Positions 12,235 through 23,477 of a stretch of 64,000 bases of DNA are shown piece by piece. Position 1 is the first letter of the stretch; the number at the start of each line of letters is the position of its first letter. The notes under the pieces were generated by a model. That model was not told the origin of the DNA, made no database searches, and saw nothing but the letters and a program-made list of their open reading frames with translations. The DNA lies in the NCBI GenBank assembly GCA_043228905.1, contig JBHGNT010000015.1, positions 16,988,001-17,052,000 of the forward strand. The letters run 5' to 3'. Position numbers and translations under genes: made by a program. The stretch comes from Azolla caroliniana (Eukaryota > Plantae > Polypodiophyta).

Positions 12235-12705
12235 TGTTAAGAGTCTATTACTAATCAATAGACCAAATCAAGTAAAAAGGAAGAAAATAGATTGGATAGA
12301 AGAACCCGTTCCACCCGACCACCCCCGAGCTATGATCTAGACATAGCCAACCTACCACCGACGTCCCATACCGCCGGATATTAGGATGACTAATACCTTG
12401 GAAGAGATAAACACGATCGTTGAGACGAAAGCCTAGCCCGCACCACCGGTGTCTACGACAGCAGCCTTCCGACGTGATCCCTATGAGGGTAGCTAAGCCT
12501 CATATTTATACCTTTTCCTAGGCCCCTTGAATAGATGTGCCTTTCTAAAAGGCTCTCTATTCATTGGTTGTCTAAATCATGATAGTGCATGCACATATCA
12601 TTCATTCTATCCAATCATTAGTCCCCTTTTTAATAATAGTGAACATACCCTTCACTAATGTAAATATTAGTGACCTACCCTCACCAACGTTATGTGTACA
12701 TAACA
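12235..12705 (-). repeat. 5' LTR of chromovirus (471 bp)
   Basis: Direct repeat of 5680-6150. Confidence 0.95.
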
Positions 12706-12829
12706 TGTGGTGAAAGCCATTGCTGGAGATATAACTCAAGACAACAATTGAGATTGATTCCCTTTATGAAGGGATTGATTTTTACTCCACCATCACAAGA
12801 GACACAAGAGATAGGTTTGAGGAGCTTAA
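12706..12829 (+). pseudogene. HSP70: HSP70 pseudogene, piece 2
   Basis: VKAIAGD, then [26 protein letters not shown]; continues piece 1 across the chromovirus. Confidence 0.9.
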
Positions 12830-13072
12830 TGTGGAAAATAATAATAATTATAAGCAAAAATTAATAACTAAATAATAGTAATAGCTATTAGTCTTAGGAA
12901 TACGATTTCCTTCATGAGAAGGAAACCATAACCGTATCGGTGGTGGTCTTATAAAGCCACCACGAATTATGTAATAGTTAGGGCATTATTATTATATAAT
13001 ACACGATTCTTTGTTTCCCTCAATCTCTCTCTCTCCCTTTTCTTTGTATCTCTCTTTCTTTTCTTTCCTACT
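12830..13072 (+). repeat. 5' LTR of copia (~243 bp)
   Basis: Direct repeat of 17660-17904 with roughly 15-17 differences counted by eye. Confidence 0.9.
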
Positions 13073-13259
13073 TGGTATCAAAGCCAAACGATCTATAACC
13101 TATAGTCTATGCGTTTCTTAAATCACAAAACACATGCCCTTATCATAATTTAACTTTCATGCCCATACAAAAATAATCATATTCATAGTGTCCAAGATTG
13201 ACAAGTAACGAAAGAATTTTGTGTTTGCCGTGCGTTGATCCGGACAACCCTTTGCAATA

Positions 13260-16200
13260 ATGGCACAATCTATGTCGTTGTTGCAACTCAACATGCAAAA
13301 ATTCGTGATCGAGGAATTATTGGACACAAATTATCGAATTTGGAAGGCAATATTAGAATTAATTTTTAAATATAATAAAGTATGTGACATAATTTCAGGA
13401 TCGTTGACAAAACCTGAAAAAGGCGAAGAACTTGAAGGATATGAAGAAAAAGACTTGTGCGCAAGAATGGAAATTCTAATGCACGTAAGTGATGGCACTG
13501 GAGGAACATTGCGAAAAATGGAGACGGCTCAAGAAATGTGGAAGCACTTACAAACTATCTATGATCCAGAAAATGATGCCCAACAAGCGCATACACTTCA
13601 AGCGCTTGTTAATTACAAAATGAATGACGAACAACCAGTTGGTGAATTTCTATTAATATGGCAAAAGAAATTAGATGATGTGTTAACTTTAGGATTAGAA
13701 ATCCATGATAAATTACAAAAGATTCTCCTTCTTGGTGCTCTTCCTCTCTCGTGGTCCACTTTCAGAACCACCCAAAACTCTATAAATTGTCCAAGTTTAA
13801 TTCATCTTCTTGCAAACATTAGACAAGAAGAAAGAATGCGTTCACAAAGGTCTTCAAATTCAACTCCAAGTGTGGCAATGGTAGCATACAAAAACAAAAT
13901 ATTCACCCAAAGAGGAGAAAGCTCAAAGCTATGGATAAAGAAAGATCAAAACCCAAAACAAGGAGGAATGTGGTTCAACAATACCTATTGCAAAATATGC
14001 AAATGTACTAATCATGCAACAAAAGATTGCCGTGCAAAGTCAAACTTCAAGAATTATCAACCTTGGAGGCGTGTACAAGCCCATCTTGTTGAAGAAGAGA
14101 TGGATGATGATAAAACTGTAGGTGATGGATATCAAAATGGTGACAAGTATGACGATGTTCTTCAAGCATTCATTGCCGAATCACTTTCTGCTACCACTCC
14201 AAATCCAAATAATTTAAAAGATGTATATGGTATCTCAATTCGGGTGCTACTAACCACTTAACTAATAGAAAAGATTGGTTATGTAACTATAAGGAAGTTG
14301 AACCTCCTATCATTGTAAGATTTGGAAATAATGGGACTAAACAAGATATTGGCAAGGGTGATATTACTTTTGAAGTCACAGGAGGAAGACATTTCACAAT
14401 CAATGAAGTTCTCTATGTCCCGGGCATCACCAAACATTTGCTATCGGTTAGTCAAGCAATGACAAATGGTACTATCATTGAATTTCATCCTAACCATGCA
14501 ATTATTAAACATAAAGCCTCAAATGGAGAACTTATTAGAACATGTTATAAACGAGAAGGAGGCTTATATCCCATAAAATGCATTCCTACATCTTTTATTT
14601 TAGAAGCACATCATTCTACCCCAATTCAATCCTCTATATCTCTAACTAATCTACATTCTCCGTCTTCTCTTTGGCATTTTCGTCTAGGCCATATGCATTT
14701 CAATGCTCTAAAAACATTACAATGTAATAATCTAGTCCATGGTTTGCCAAAAGAACCTTTCAAGCCCATTTCTTTGTGTGAAAGTTGTATCCTTGGGAAA
14801 ATGCCCCAACAACCCTTCCCAAAGCATAGATCTAGAGCCTCTACCCCTCTTGCATTAGTACATAGTGATCTATGTGGACCTTTTACAACCCCTTCTCTTA
14901 GTGGAGCCAAATATTTCATTAGCTTTATAGATGACTTTAGTCGATTTACAATCTTGCATTTTCTGAAGTACAAAAGTCAAGCTTATCAAGCATTCAAAGA
15001 ATACAAGGCTCGAGTCGAAGTGCAAACATCATCGAAGATTAAAAGTCTTCAAACCGATGGTAGTGGTGAGTATATGTCTCATGAATTTCAAAGTTTGTAT
15101 CAAAATGAAGGCATACATCATAGAATATCAACACCACACACACCACAACAAAATGGTGTATCTAAAAGGAAGAATAGATCACTTCTCAATATGGCTCGGA
15201 GTATGTTACAATTTGCTCACTTATTGCCTCAATTTTGGGAGGAAGTGGTTGGCACCGCTTGCTATATTTAGAATCGAGGATTTCATAGATCTTTGGGGCT
15301 CCAAACCCCTTATGAATTATGGCATGGTCACAAACGTAACTTAAGTAACCTTCGTATTTTTGGTTGTGATGCTTATGCTTTTGTGCCAAATGTTCAAACA
15401 AGTTAGATCCAAGGGCTACAAAATCAATTTTCATCGGATATGGAGAAGCTTCGGGGTACAAGGCGTACAAGCTCTACGATCCACAAAAGCGAAGAATACT
15501 CTTTAGTTGAAATGTGATATTCCAAGAAAATGGGTGTGCTACAAAGGTTTCTTCTTCACTTTCTTCTAATCTACCTCCATTATTACCTACCCCTACCCAC
15601 TTACAACCATCTTCCTCAACCATCTCTAATATTAATAACTAACATATTGAAGGAGCCAACATTGGCTCATCCTCTACTTCCACTATTTGTGTCGCTCTTC
15701 CATCTAGTCACAAGGCAAAGGTCAATCCTACTCAACCAACTAACTCTTCTTCTAATCTTTCCTCATTCCAATCTCTAGATGATTCTCTTCCTCATAATCC
15801 TTTAAATACACATAGTTTAACTCCCTCTAACAATACAAATAAGGTTATCTTCTCCACTCCCTCTCCTAATTCTTCACTCCAAGCTTCATCACCAACTTCT
15901 CCACCAGCCTCTCCACCTCCAAAGTATACATCTCTAAATAGTATTTATGGACAACTTCATCAAATGGAAGCACATTTTGTGGACTTGGACCATGAAGCTT
16001 ATATACCAGAAGAAGATATTCCAACCCTTAGTGATGACACAAATCTATCGGCCAAAGATGCACTTTCCGGATTGGATTCTATCAAATGGAGAAAGGCTAT
16101 TGAAGAAGAAATGAAAGCTTTACTTAAAAATGGTACCTGGACCCTCATTGAGCCTCCAAAAGATCGTCAAATAATTGGTTCTAAATGGATCTTACGCATA

Positions 16201-17638
16201 AAGCGAGATAGTAATGGTAATCTAATTCGCTTCAAGGCTCATGTTGTTGCACGAGGATTTTCTCAAGTACTAGGTATTGATTTTCAATATACATTTAGTC
16301 CAACACTAAAAATATGTGGTTTTCAAATGCTCGTTGCTCTTGCCGCTCAACATGATCTAGAGTTACATCACTTGGATGTACAAACGGCTTTTCTTCATGG
16401 AGATTTAGATGAAGAACTTTATTTACAACAACCACAATTTTATGAAGATCCAAGTCATCCGACACATGTTTGTTGACTTCGTAAATCTATTTACGGCCTT
16501 AAGCAATCTCCACGCATATGGTATCACAAACTACACTCTTTTCTTATAAAAGTTGGATATCATCGCCTAAACAATGAGCCAAATATATATGTTAGAAAAG
16601 CCAAATCCAAATTTGTTATCATAGGTGTCTATGTTGATCATTTAGCCTTGATCTCTAATTCCAAATCTTATCTAACTATTGCAAAGAAGGAACTTGCTAG
16701 TCTTTCCTATCACCGATTTAAGCCCTATAACACATTTTCTAGGCATCAAAATAACTCAAAATAGAACAAATCATACTATCTCATTATCACAATCAAATTA
16801 TATTAATTCTATCCTCCAAAGATTTGATATGCTCCATATTTAGCCTATTAGTACTCCTCTTACCTCTCCATATAAATTTTCAAATGATGATTCTCCCAAA
16901 AATGAACGAGAAATTTCCGAAATGAAGGATGTACCCGATAAACAAATCCTTGGGTGTATAAGATATCTAGTAAGTTGCACACGTATCGATATTTGCTTTG
17001 TTGCTGGTTTTCTTTCTCATTTCATGGCTAATTCAGGACCAAAGCATTGGATCGCACTCAAAAGATTATTACGATACGTGAAGCATACTCAACATTATGC
17101 GTTGACTTACTCGGCCACACAATTTGAGTCAACCACACTTGTGCAAGGATGGGCAAATACCTCTAGCCAACTAATTGGTTGGTCAGACTTTGATTGGGGG
17201 GGAGATGTGGACGATCGCAAGTCAATAGGTGGCTATATTTACACACTTGCTGGCATTGCAATTTCGTGGAAGTCGAAGAAACAAACTACCGTAGCATTGT
17301 CATCCACTGAAGCTGAATATGTTGCCGCGGCTTTGGTGGCTAATGAATTTAAATTTTTTACTATTCCAACAGTGACTTTGTTTTGTGATAATCAATCTTA
17401 CATTAAGTTAGCCAACAATCTGAAGATGAGCTACAATTTATGTCATGTGGATATGAGGCATCACTTTCTTTGTGATCTCATTGAAACAAAGAATATAGAG
17501 TTAAAGTTTGCTCCCATTCATCAAATGTGGGTTGATTTTCTAACGAAACCTCTTCTACATTCTAAGCATATTATTTGTTGTAAGCAAGTTGGATTAATTG
17601 ATGTAATCGAAGATAAAGATGAAAATCTACACTTCTAG
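13260..17638 (+). pseudogene. gag-pol: Copia gag-pol, fragmented (gag, protease, integrase, RT, RNase H)
   Basis: CKICKCTNHATKDC; LWHFRLGH..CESC; VHSDLCGP..FIDDFSR..TPQQNG; HLDVQTAFLHGDL; SWKSKKQTTVALSSTEAEY; many stops and frameshifts. Confidence 0.92.
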
Positions 17639-17659
17639 AAATTTTCGCTTTGGGGGGAG

Positions 17660-17904
17660 TGTGGAAAATAATAATAATTATAAGCAGAAATTAATAAATA
17701 AATAATAGTAATAGTTATTAGTCTTAGGAATACGGTTTCCTTCATGAGAAGGAAACCGTAACCATGTCGGTGGTGGTCTTATAAAGCCACCACCAATGAT
17801 GTAATAGTTAGGGCATTATTATTATATAATACGCGGTTCTCTATTTCCCTCAATCTCTCTCTCTCTCCCTTTTCTTTCTATCTCTCTTTCTTTTCTTTCC
17901 TACA
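17660..17904 (+). repeat. 3' LTR of copia (~245 bp)
   Basis: TG..CA ends, preceded by the PPT and followed by TSD CTTAA. Confidence 0.92.
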
Positions 17905-17936
17905 CTTAACATGGATCTCTTTTGGAAGTGTATGGG
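17905..17936 (+). pseudogene. HSP70: HSP70 pseudogene, piece 3 (truncated)
   Basis: CTTAACATGGATCTCTTTTGGAAGTGTATG = LNMDLFWKCM, continuing RFEE from 12829 (HSP70 FEELNMDLFRKCM). Confidence 0.85.
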
Positions 17937-18499
17937 TAGAGCTGGTAGCTATGATGAAGAAGAAGGCCATCACATATCAGGCTGATGAAGCATCTCCTAA
18001 AGTCGGGCAATCTGATTCATCTAGCCACGCAACAGCAAAATCAAAGACATCATCGCCATTGCTGCCACAACAATGGTTAGATCGTGTTCTCCATCCGAAG
18101 TTTCACCAGCATCTGGCACAATCACACTACTAAAATCCAATCCAAGTTCCAAGTGGAATTACCACCATGCGTGGCATGTATCGTCCATAACAGCTCACAC
18201 CTCTTCACACAAAGCCTAAAAATCCTCTCTAGCATCAAGAGTGCAAGAATGATGGGCTTACGTTGGAATACCAATTGAAGAGCCGAGGAGAAAAGGAAGA
18301 GGAAGGAGAAGCAACAACAATTGAAGAAGAGGATAGAAGAGGAGAAAGAAGGGAAACGGGCAAACAGAAGAAGGAAAAACACAGAAAAAGGACTAAAGAA
18401 GAAGAAGAAAGGACGAAACAGAAGAAAGAGAAGAACAAACGAAGAAAAGGAGAGAGGGCATATTGACAAAGTTTCAGAAACCTAAGGATATGAGACGGC

Positions 18500-21400
18500 A
18501 TCCACATACAGAAGGAGTATCAGGAAGTCGCCTCCTTCGAACTTCTTCACAAACACGCAGTGATCGGTTTGTGTTTTGTGATACCCTTGGTCGGTCATGA
18601 AGGAGTCAAACTTCCGATACCATGTCGGGGACCCTGCTTCAGTCCGTACAGGCTCTTCTTCAACTGGCAAACCAGGTGCTCCTTCCCTTTCTCCATGAAT
18701 CCTTCCGGTTGCTGCATGTAGATCTCCTCTTCGAGGTCACCGTGAAGGAATGTCGTCTTCACGTCCAGCTGCTCTACCTCGAGGTCCATGCTTGCCGCTA
18801 TACTCAGCACCGTCCGGATGGAAGTCATCTTTACTACCAGGGAAAATATCTCCTCGAAGTCCACGCCCTTCTGCTGGAACCCCTTCACCACGATCCTGGC
18901 TTTGTATCTCGGGGGGTTTCCGGCATCTCCCGATTTTAACTTGTACACCCACTTGTTTCAGAGTGCCAGCTTTCCTTTCGGCAACTCCACCAATTCGTAC
19001 GTATGGTTCTCATGCATGGAATCCATCTCATCCTACATGGCACTTAACCATTTGCGGCTATGGGCGTCACTTTTAGCTTCCTCGAAGCTTTCTGGCTCCC
19101 CCTCATCGGTTAGCAACACGTGCTCTGGATCCGGAAATCTCCGGGTGGCCCTTCTATCTCTGAGAGGATATCTACGTCCTTGGGCTTCGGTAACCGGCTC
19201 CTCCATTTGCTCTTCATCCGAATCCGATTCGGGGTCTTGTCCAGTTTCGGTTTCACCTATTCCTTCTTCTTTGGCCGATTTTGTCTCCTCATCGTCACCG
19301 GGCGGTTCATCGAGTGCTAAGCGGCTTCTTGCCGGTTGGAACTGTATTTCATCAAATCGAAATTTTTCCTTACCGGTCAACTCGGAGTTCATTATCTTCT
19401 TCTCCGACTCCTACTCGCCAAGCATCTTGTCCTCCATGAAGATAATATTTCGACTCTGGAATACTTTCTGGTCGATCGGGTCCCACACTCGGTAGCCGAA
19501 CTCATCGTCGTCGTAACCGAGGAATATGCATGGCCGGGTCTTCGGATCTAACTTTCCTCTCCTGTCCTTAGCTACATGCACGTACGCAAGACACCCGAAT
19601 ATCTTCAGATGCCGGTAGGACGCTTCCTTACCGGTCCAGACTCTTTGCAGCGTGTCGCCGTCCAAGAGTACTGAGGGTGATCTGTTTATCACATATGTCG
19701 CCGTCGACAGTGCCTCAGCCCAAAACGTCTTGGGTAATTTTGCATGCGCCAGCATACTCCGACCCTCTCCATTATGGTCCGGTTCATCCTCTCGGCCAGC
19801 CCGTTTAGTTCCGGCGTCTTCGGCACGGTAAATTCGAGCCGGATTTCCTTCAAGAGACAATACTCCTCGAACTGCCCCTGGTATTCTCCTCTGTTATCTG
19901 CTCGAACCACCTTCAGCTTTCGGCCGGTTTCTCTTTCCACTCTCGCGTGGAGCTCTTTGAAGATGGAGAGCACCTGATCCTTCGTCTTCAATGGTGTGGC
20001 CCACAGCTTCCGGTTGTGGTCATCTATGAACGTCACAAAGTACTGCGATCCGGCATGTGACTTCATGTCCACGTGACACACATCAGTATGCACCAACTCC
20101 AGTGGTGCATTACGTCTCATCGGTGGCCTTGATCAGAAGGAGGTCCGATTTTGTTTACTGACCAGATAATCAGTGCACTTCTCCAAGTGCACGTTCTTCA
20201 CTGGAATAAGGTTGTCATCTACAAGCCTCTTCATCCCCTTCTCACTCATGTGACACATCCTCTTGTGCCACAGCTCACCGGCAGTGTCGGATGCCATGTT
20301 CACTTCCTCCGGACATAACCGGGCATTCATCAGGTACAGAGTGTTGACTTTCCGGGCCCAATCCACAATCAGGCTCCCTTTGCTGAACTTCATAACACCG
20401 TTCCGGATGCTACCCGTGTAGCCTTCATCATCTAGCCAACCGGCTGATATTAGGTTCAATCGAACCTCCGGAACATGTCGGACATCCTTCAACAACATCT
20501 TGTATCTAGTTGATGTCGTCAACCACACATCTCCTATGCCGAAAATTCAGCATGTACCTTCATTCCCCATCCGAACATGGTCGTGGTCACCGGCCGAGTA
20601 GGATGAGAAGCATTTTCTATCTAGGGTCAGGTGGAACGACACTCCGGAATCGACCACCCAGGTCATCTCATCGCCGGTAAGGTTCAACTCACTCTCCTTG
20701 GTGATAAGCATTAGCTCCTCTTCGTTTGCCCCGATTGTCGTCGTTCCTTTCCGGTCCTGCCCTCGCCGATCCGAACCGTTTCGATCCGATGACTTCTTCG
20801 AATCGGTACTGTCAATTTCCTTGTTTTTCCGGAAATGCCGACAGTTCTTTTGGAAGTGCCCCATCTTCCCGCAATAAAAGCAAGTAGGCCTCCCTCTTGG
20901 CTTTGATCATGTCCCCGATTTTTCCCGGTTCTGGGGACTCCGGTTCCTTTTTCTTCCACGTTTTGATTCGGAAAGGAGCGCTTTTGAGTTGGGGATCGAT
21001 TCCTTGTCCTTCCGACGCGCCTCCTCGTTCAGGATGCTTGTCTTCACCGTCTGCAAAGACAAGTTCTCTTCTTGGCAGGAGGTGTTGAGTGTAACCACCA
21101 AGTTCTCCCAGCTTTCCGACAACGTACACATCAGCATGATTGCCTGCATTGCATCATCCAAGGGGAACTTGATCACTGCAAGTTGATTTACATACCCCAT
21201 GAATGTGCTTACGTGTTCAACCATGCTCTCGCCGTCTCTGTATTTCAGGTTTACTATTTTCCTCATCAATGAGGTTCTGCTGAGCGCATTCTTCCTCTCA
21301 TAAAGACCCGACAGCTTCTGCCACATCTCGTGGGCATTCGTGACGTTTGCCACGTGCTAAAGGACACTTACGTCGACACACTGTCAGATAGTGGCCACAA

Positions 21401-22065
21401 CTTTCCTGTTCAGAAGCTTCCAATCCGACTCCAATACCCACTTTGGTATTTTCGATCTGTCGATTGGCTCGTACAGGTCTTTTACAATGAGAAGGTCTTC
21501 CATCTTAATCTTCCCGTCTGCATAGTTCTGTGAATTTAGAACCATCATACCTGGGAAGCCGCTCCCGCCTCCTTCCATTTTATGTGTTGCTCACTCTGAT
21601 ACCAGTTTGAAGTTAAAATCGTTGCCGGCCACAACCGGTTGTACGTGTGCGGAATAATAGTCAATCTAATGGAAAGGAAAAACAAAATACAGGAACTGAG
21701 AATGACACAGATTTTAACGTGGAAACCCGAACTGGGAAAAACCACGTGGATTCCACAAACTCCGAAACAGAACACTATGAGAGAATGGAATACAATCAGA
21801 GATCTCAGAGGCAACGACCTCGAGATCCTGCTTCACCGACGGGCAGCTATGGAGCTCACACGCTACCACTCACACTCGTTCACTCTCACCGTTACAGAGG
21901 CAACAACCTCGTCGACAGTAACTTTACAATAACGCACTTATCTAACATGATTGCCCTAAGTACTTATATACTAATGTAACCTTTCGACTATTTACAAACT
22001 TAGCCTTCCGTGTTGGCTATCTCCACGATTTCTGGTTTCGGCCTCGGCCGAGTTGCTCATCAACA
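18500..22065 (-). mobile_element. 3'-truncated, decayed Ty1/copia (5' LTR ~21608-22065, PBS, gag, integrase, part of RT)
   Basis: PBS TGGTATCAGAG at 21594-21604 (-). ORF fragments include WVVDSG, LWHKRMCH, VHTDVC..FIDD..TPELNGLAER, EQLDVKTTFLHGDL and LLLYVD, where the element breaks off. Confidence 0.88.
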
Positions 22066-22103
22066 CGGTTCTTCTCACTTCCCATCCGGAGGGACCTATT
22101 TCC

Positions 22104-22465
22104 TAATAGAATGAAACCTGGGACCTGGTTGACGCACCGAAGGGTGTGAAGTCGATCGGATGTAGGTGGATGTACAAGGTCAAGTACAACACCGACGGCT
22201 CAGTCAACCGATACAAGGCCCAATTAGTAGCAAAAGGCTACGCGCAACAACACGGCATCGACTACGATGAGACGTTTGCGCCGGTCGCAAAGATGACGAC
22301 CGTCCATGTTTTGCTTGCGGTAGCTGCGGTGAAGGGGTGGCATTTACATCAGATGGATGTCAAGAATGTGTTCCTACAAGGCGAGCTTGAGGAACAGGTG
22401 TACATGGTACAGCCCCCCGGATTTCACTCCGGAATGAACACTTCGGCGGTTTGCCGGTTGAAGAA
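22104..22465 (+). pseudogene. Isolated copia RT fragment
   Basis: [45 protein letters not shown], cut off by the LTR at 22466. Confidence 0.88.
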
Positions 22466-22877
22466 TGTGAATGTTAATGTGCGGAAGCGTCAGACAGAAC
22501 CAGCTCAGCCGGATAGCAACAGAAAATGAGATGAAGGTTTGATGGAAAAGCTTCAAACACAGAGGAGACAGAGAGAGAGCAGAACATAAAACTATACTCA
22601 AAAATTAACTCTAAAACTCTATCTATACAACGTGCTAAACAACACTATTTATACAAGTCCATAAAGAACTGACAGATACTTCAATGCTCACACGTGCGAC
22701 TGACACTAACTACAAGACAATGATTACATAGTAGTCTAGGCTACTACTAGGCTTTCGGTTCCCGCTCGAATCCAGCTCTCTGATCCAGCTCCCCAATCCG
22801 GCCGGTTGTTTCCGGATACCGATCCGACTCAGGCTTATTCAACCGATCCGGATCCGGTTGAGCTTGCTCAATCAACA
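22466..22877 (-). repeat. 3' LTR (~412 bp)
   Basis: Direct repeat of 28249-28668; CTCCCCCTCAAG (PPT on the minus strand) is adjacent. Confidence 0.9.
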
Positions 22878-22945
22878 CTCCCCCTCAAGCTCAACTTGAG
22901 GTTGGATCGTGGTTCTTCTACCCGGCTCCTTCTGGCATTGCTCCG

Positions 22946-23400
22946 TATTAGAGATCTAGGTACTAAAGTAAGCTTAAGATAAGGATAAACTAATGATAGA
23001 TAGAAAGGAGAAAGAGAAAGAAGGGTGCCGATCCACCCGACCACCCCCGAGCGAAGGGATCGAGACGGACTCGAGCCTTGATCGGCGTCCCATACCACTA
23101 TCGTGGCGTCGAGTCGTACCTGGTGCTGGCGCGCTCACTACAAGAGTTGACCCACCACAAGAGCAGAGTCTCGATGTAGTCAAAAGATGATCAAATGAGG
23201 GTAGCTAGGCCTCTTATTTATAGCGATACCCAAGGCCCCCAGGCAAGTTCACACTTGACCTAATGGGTTGTCTCAATCCCGAGGATTAAAAGTAATCCTC
23301 CCCTTCTTTACACTCTCGTTTAACCCTCACACTTATCCACGTGTATAGAATACTACGGTAAATTCTCACCACGGGATATTAAATGGTCATGCCCGTAACA
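22946..23400 (-). mobile_element. Solo LTR (455 bp) of a chromovirus-related family
   Basis: Exact TSD CTCCG on both sides and ends TA(TG)..CA. Shares CCACCCGACCACCCCCGAGC, CGTCCCATACC and GAGGGTAGCTA.GCCTC.TATTTATA with the LTR at 5680-6150. Confidence 0.88.
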
Positions 23401-23477
23401 CTCCGCCTCGCTCCCGTTCCTCATCCAGTCCGGTCTTGTTTTCCGCGACCCTTCTGGTTCTGCACACCTCGACCTCC

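Larger units (their letters stand above)
5680..12705 (-). mobile_element. Full-length, very young chromovirus (Ty3/gypsy with chromodomain)
   Basis: Two 471-bp TG..CA LTRs, tRNA-iMet PBS, PPT and a single 1467-aa gag-pol ORF. Flanks TGTGA/TGTGG form a 5-bp TSD with one mismatch. Confidence 0.97.
12830..17904 (+). mobile_element. Full-length but decayed Ty1/copia element
   Basis: LTRs at 12830-13072 and 17660-17904, exact TSD CTTAA, PBS TGGTATCAAAGCC (13073-13085) and PPT GGGGGGAG (17652-17659). Confidence 0.95.

Noticed and set aside
17937-18480. ORFs with K/E/R-rich or F/S/L-rich translations
   Set aside because: Purine-rich low-complexity DNA; the faint resemblance to a LINE 3' end is too weak to call.
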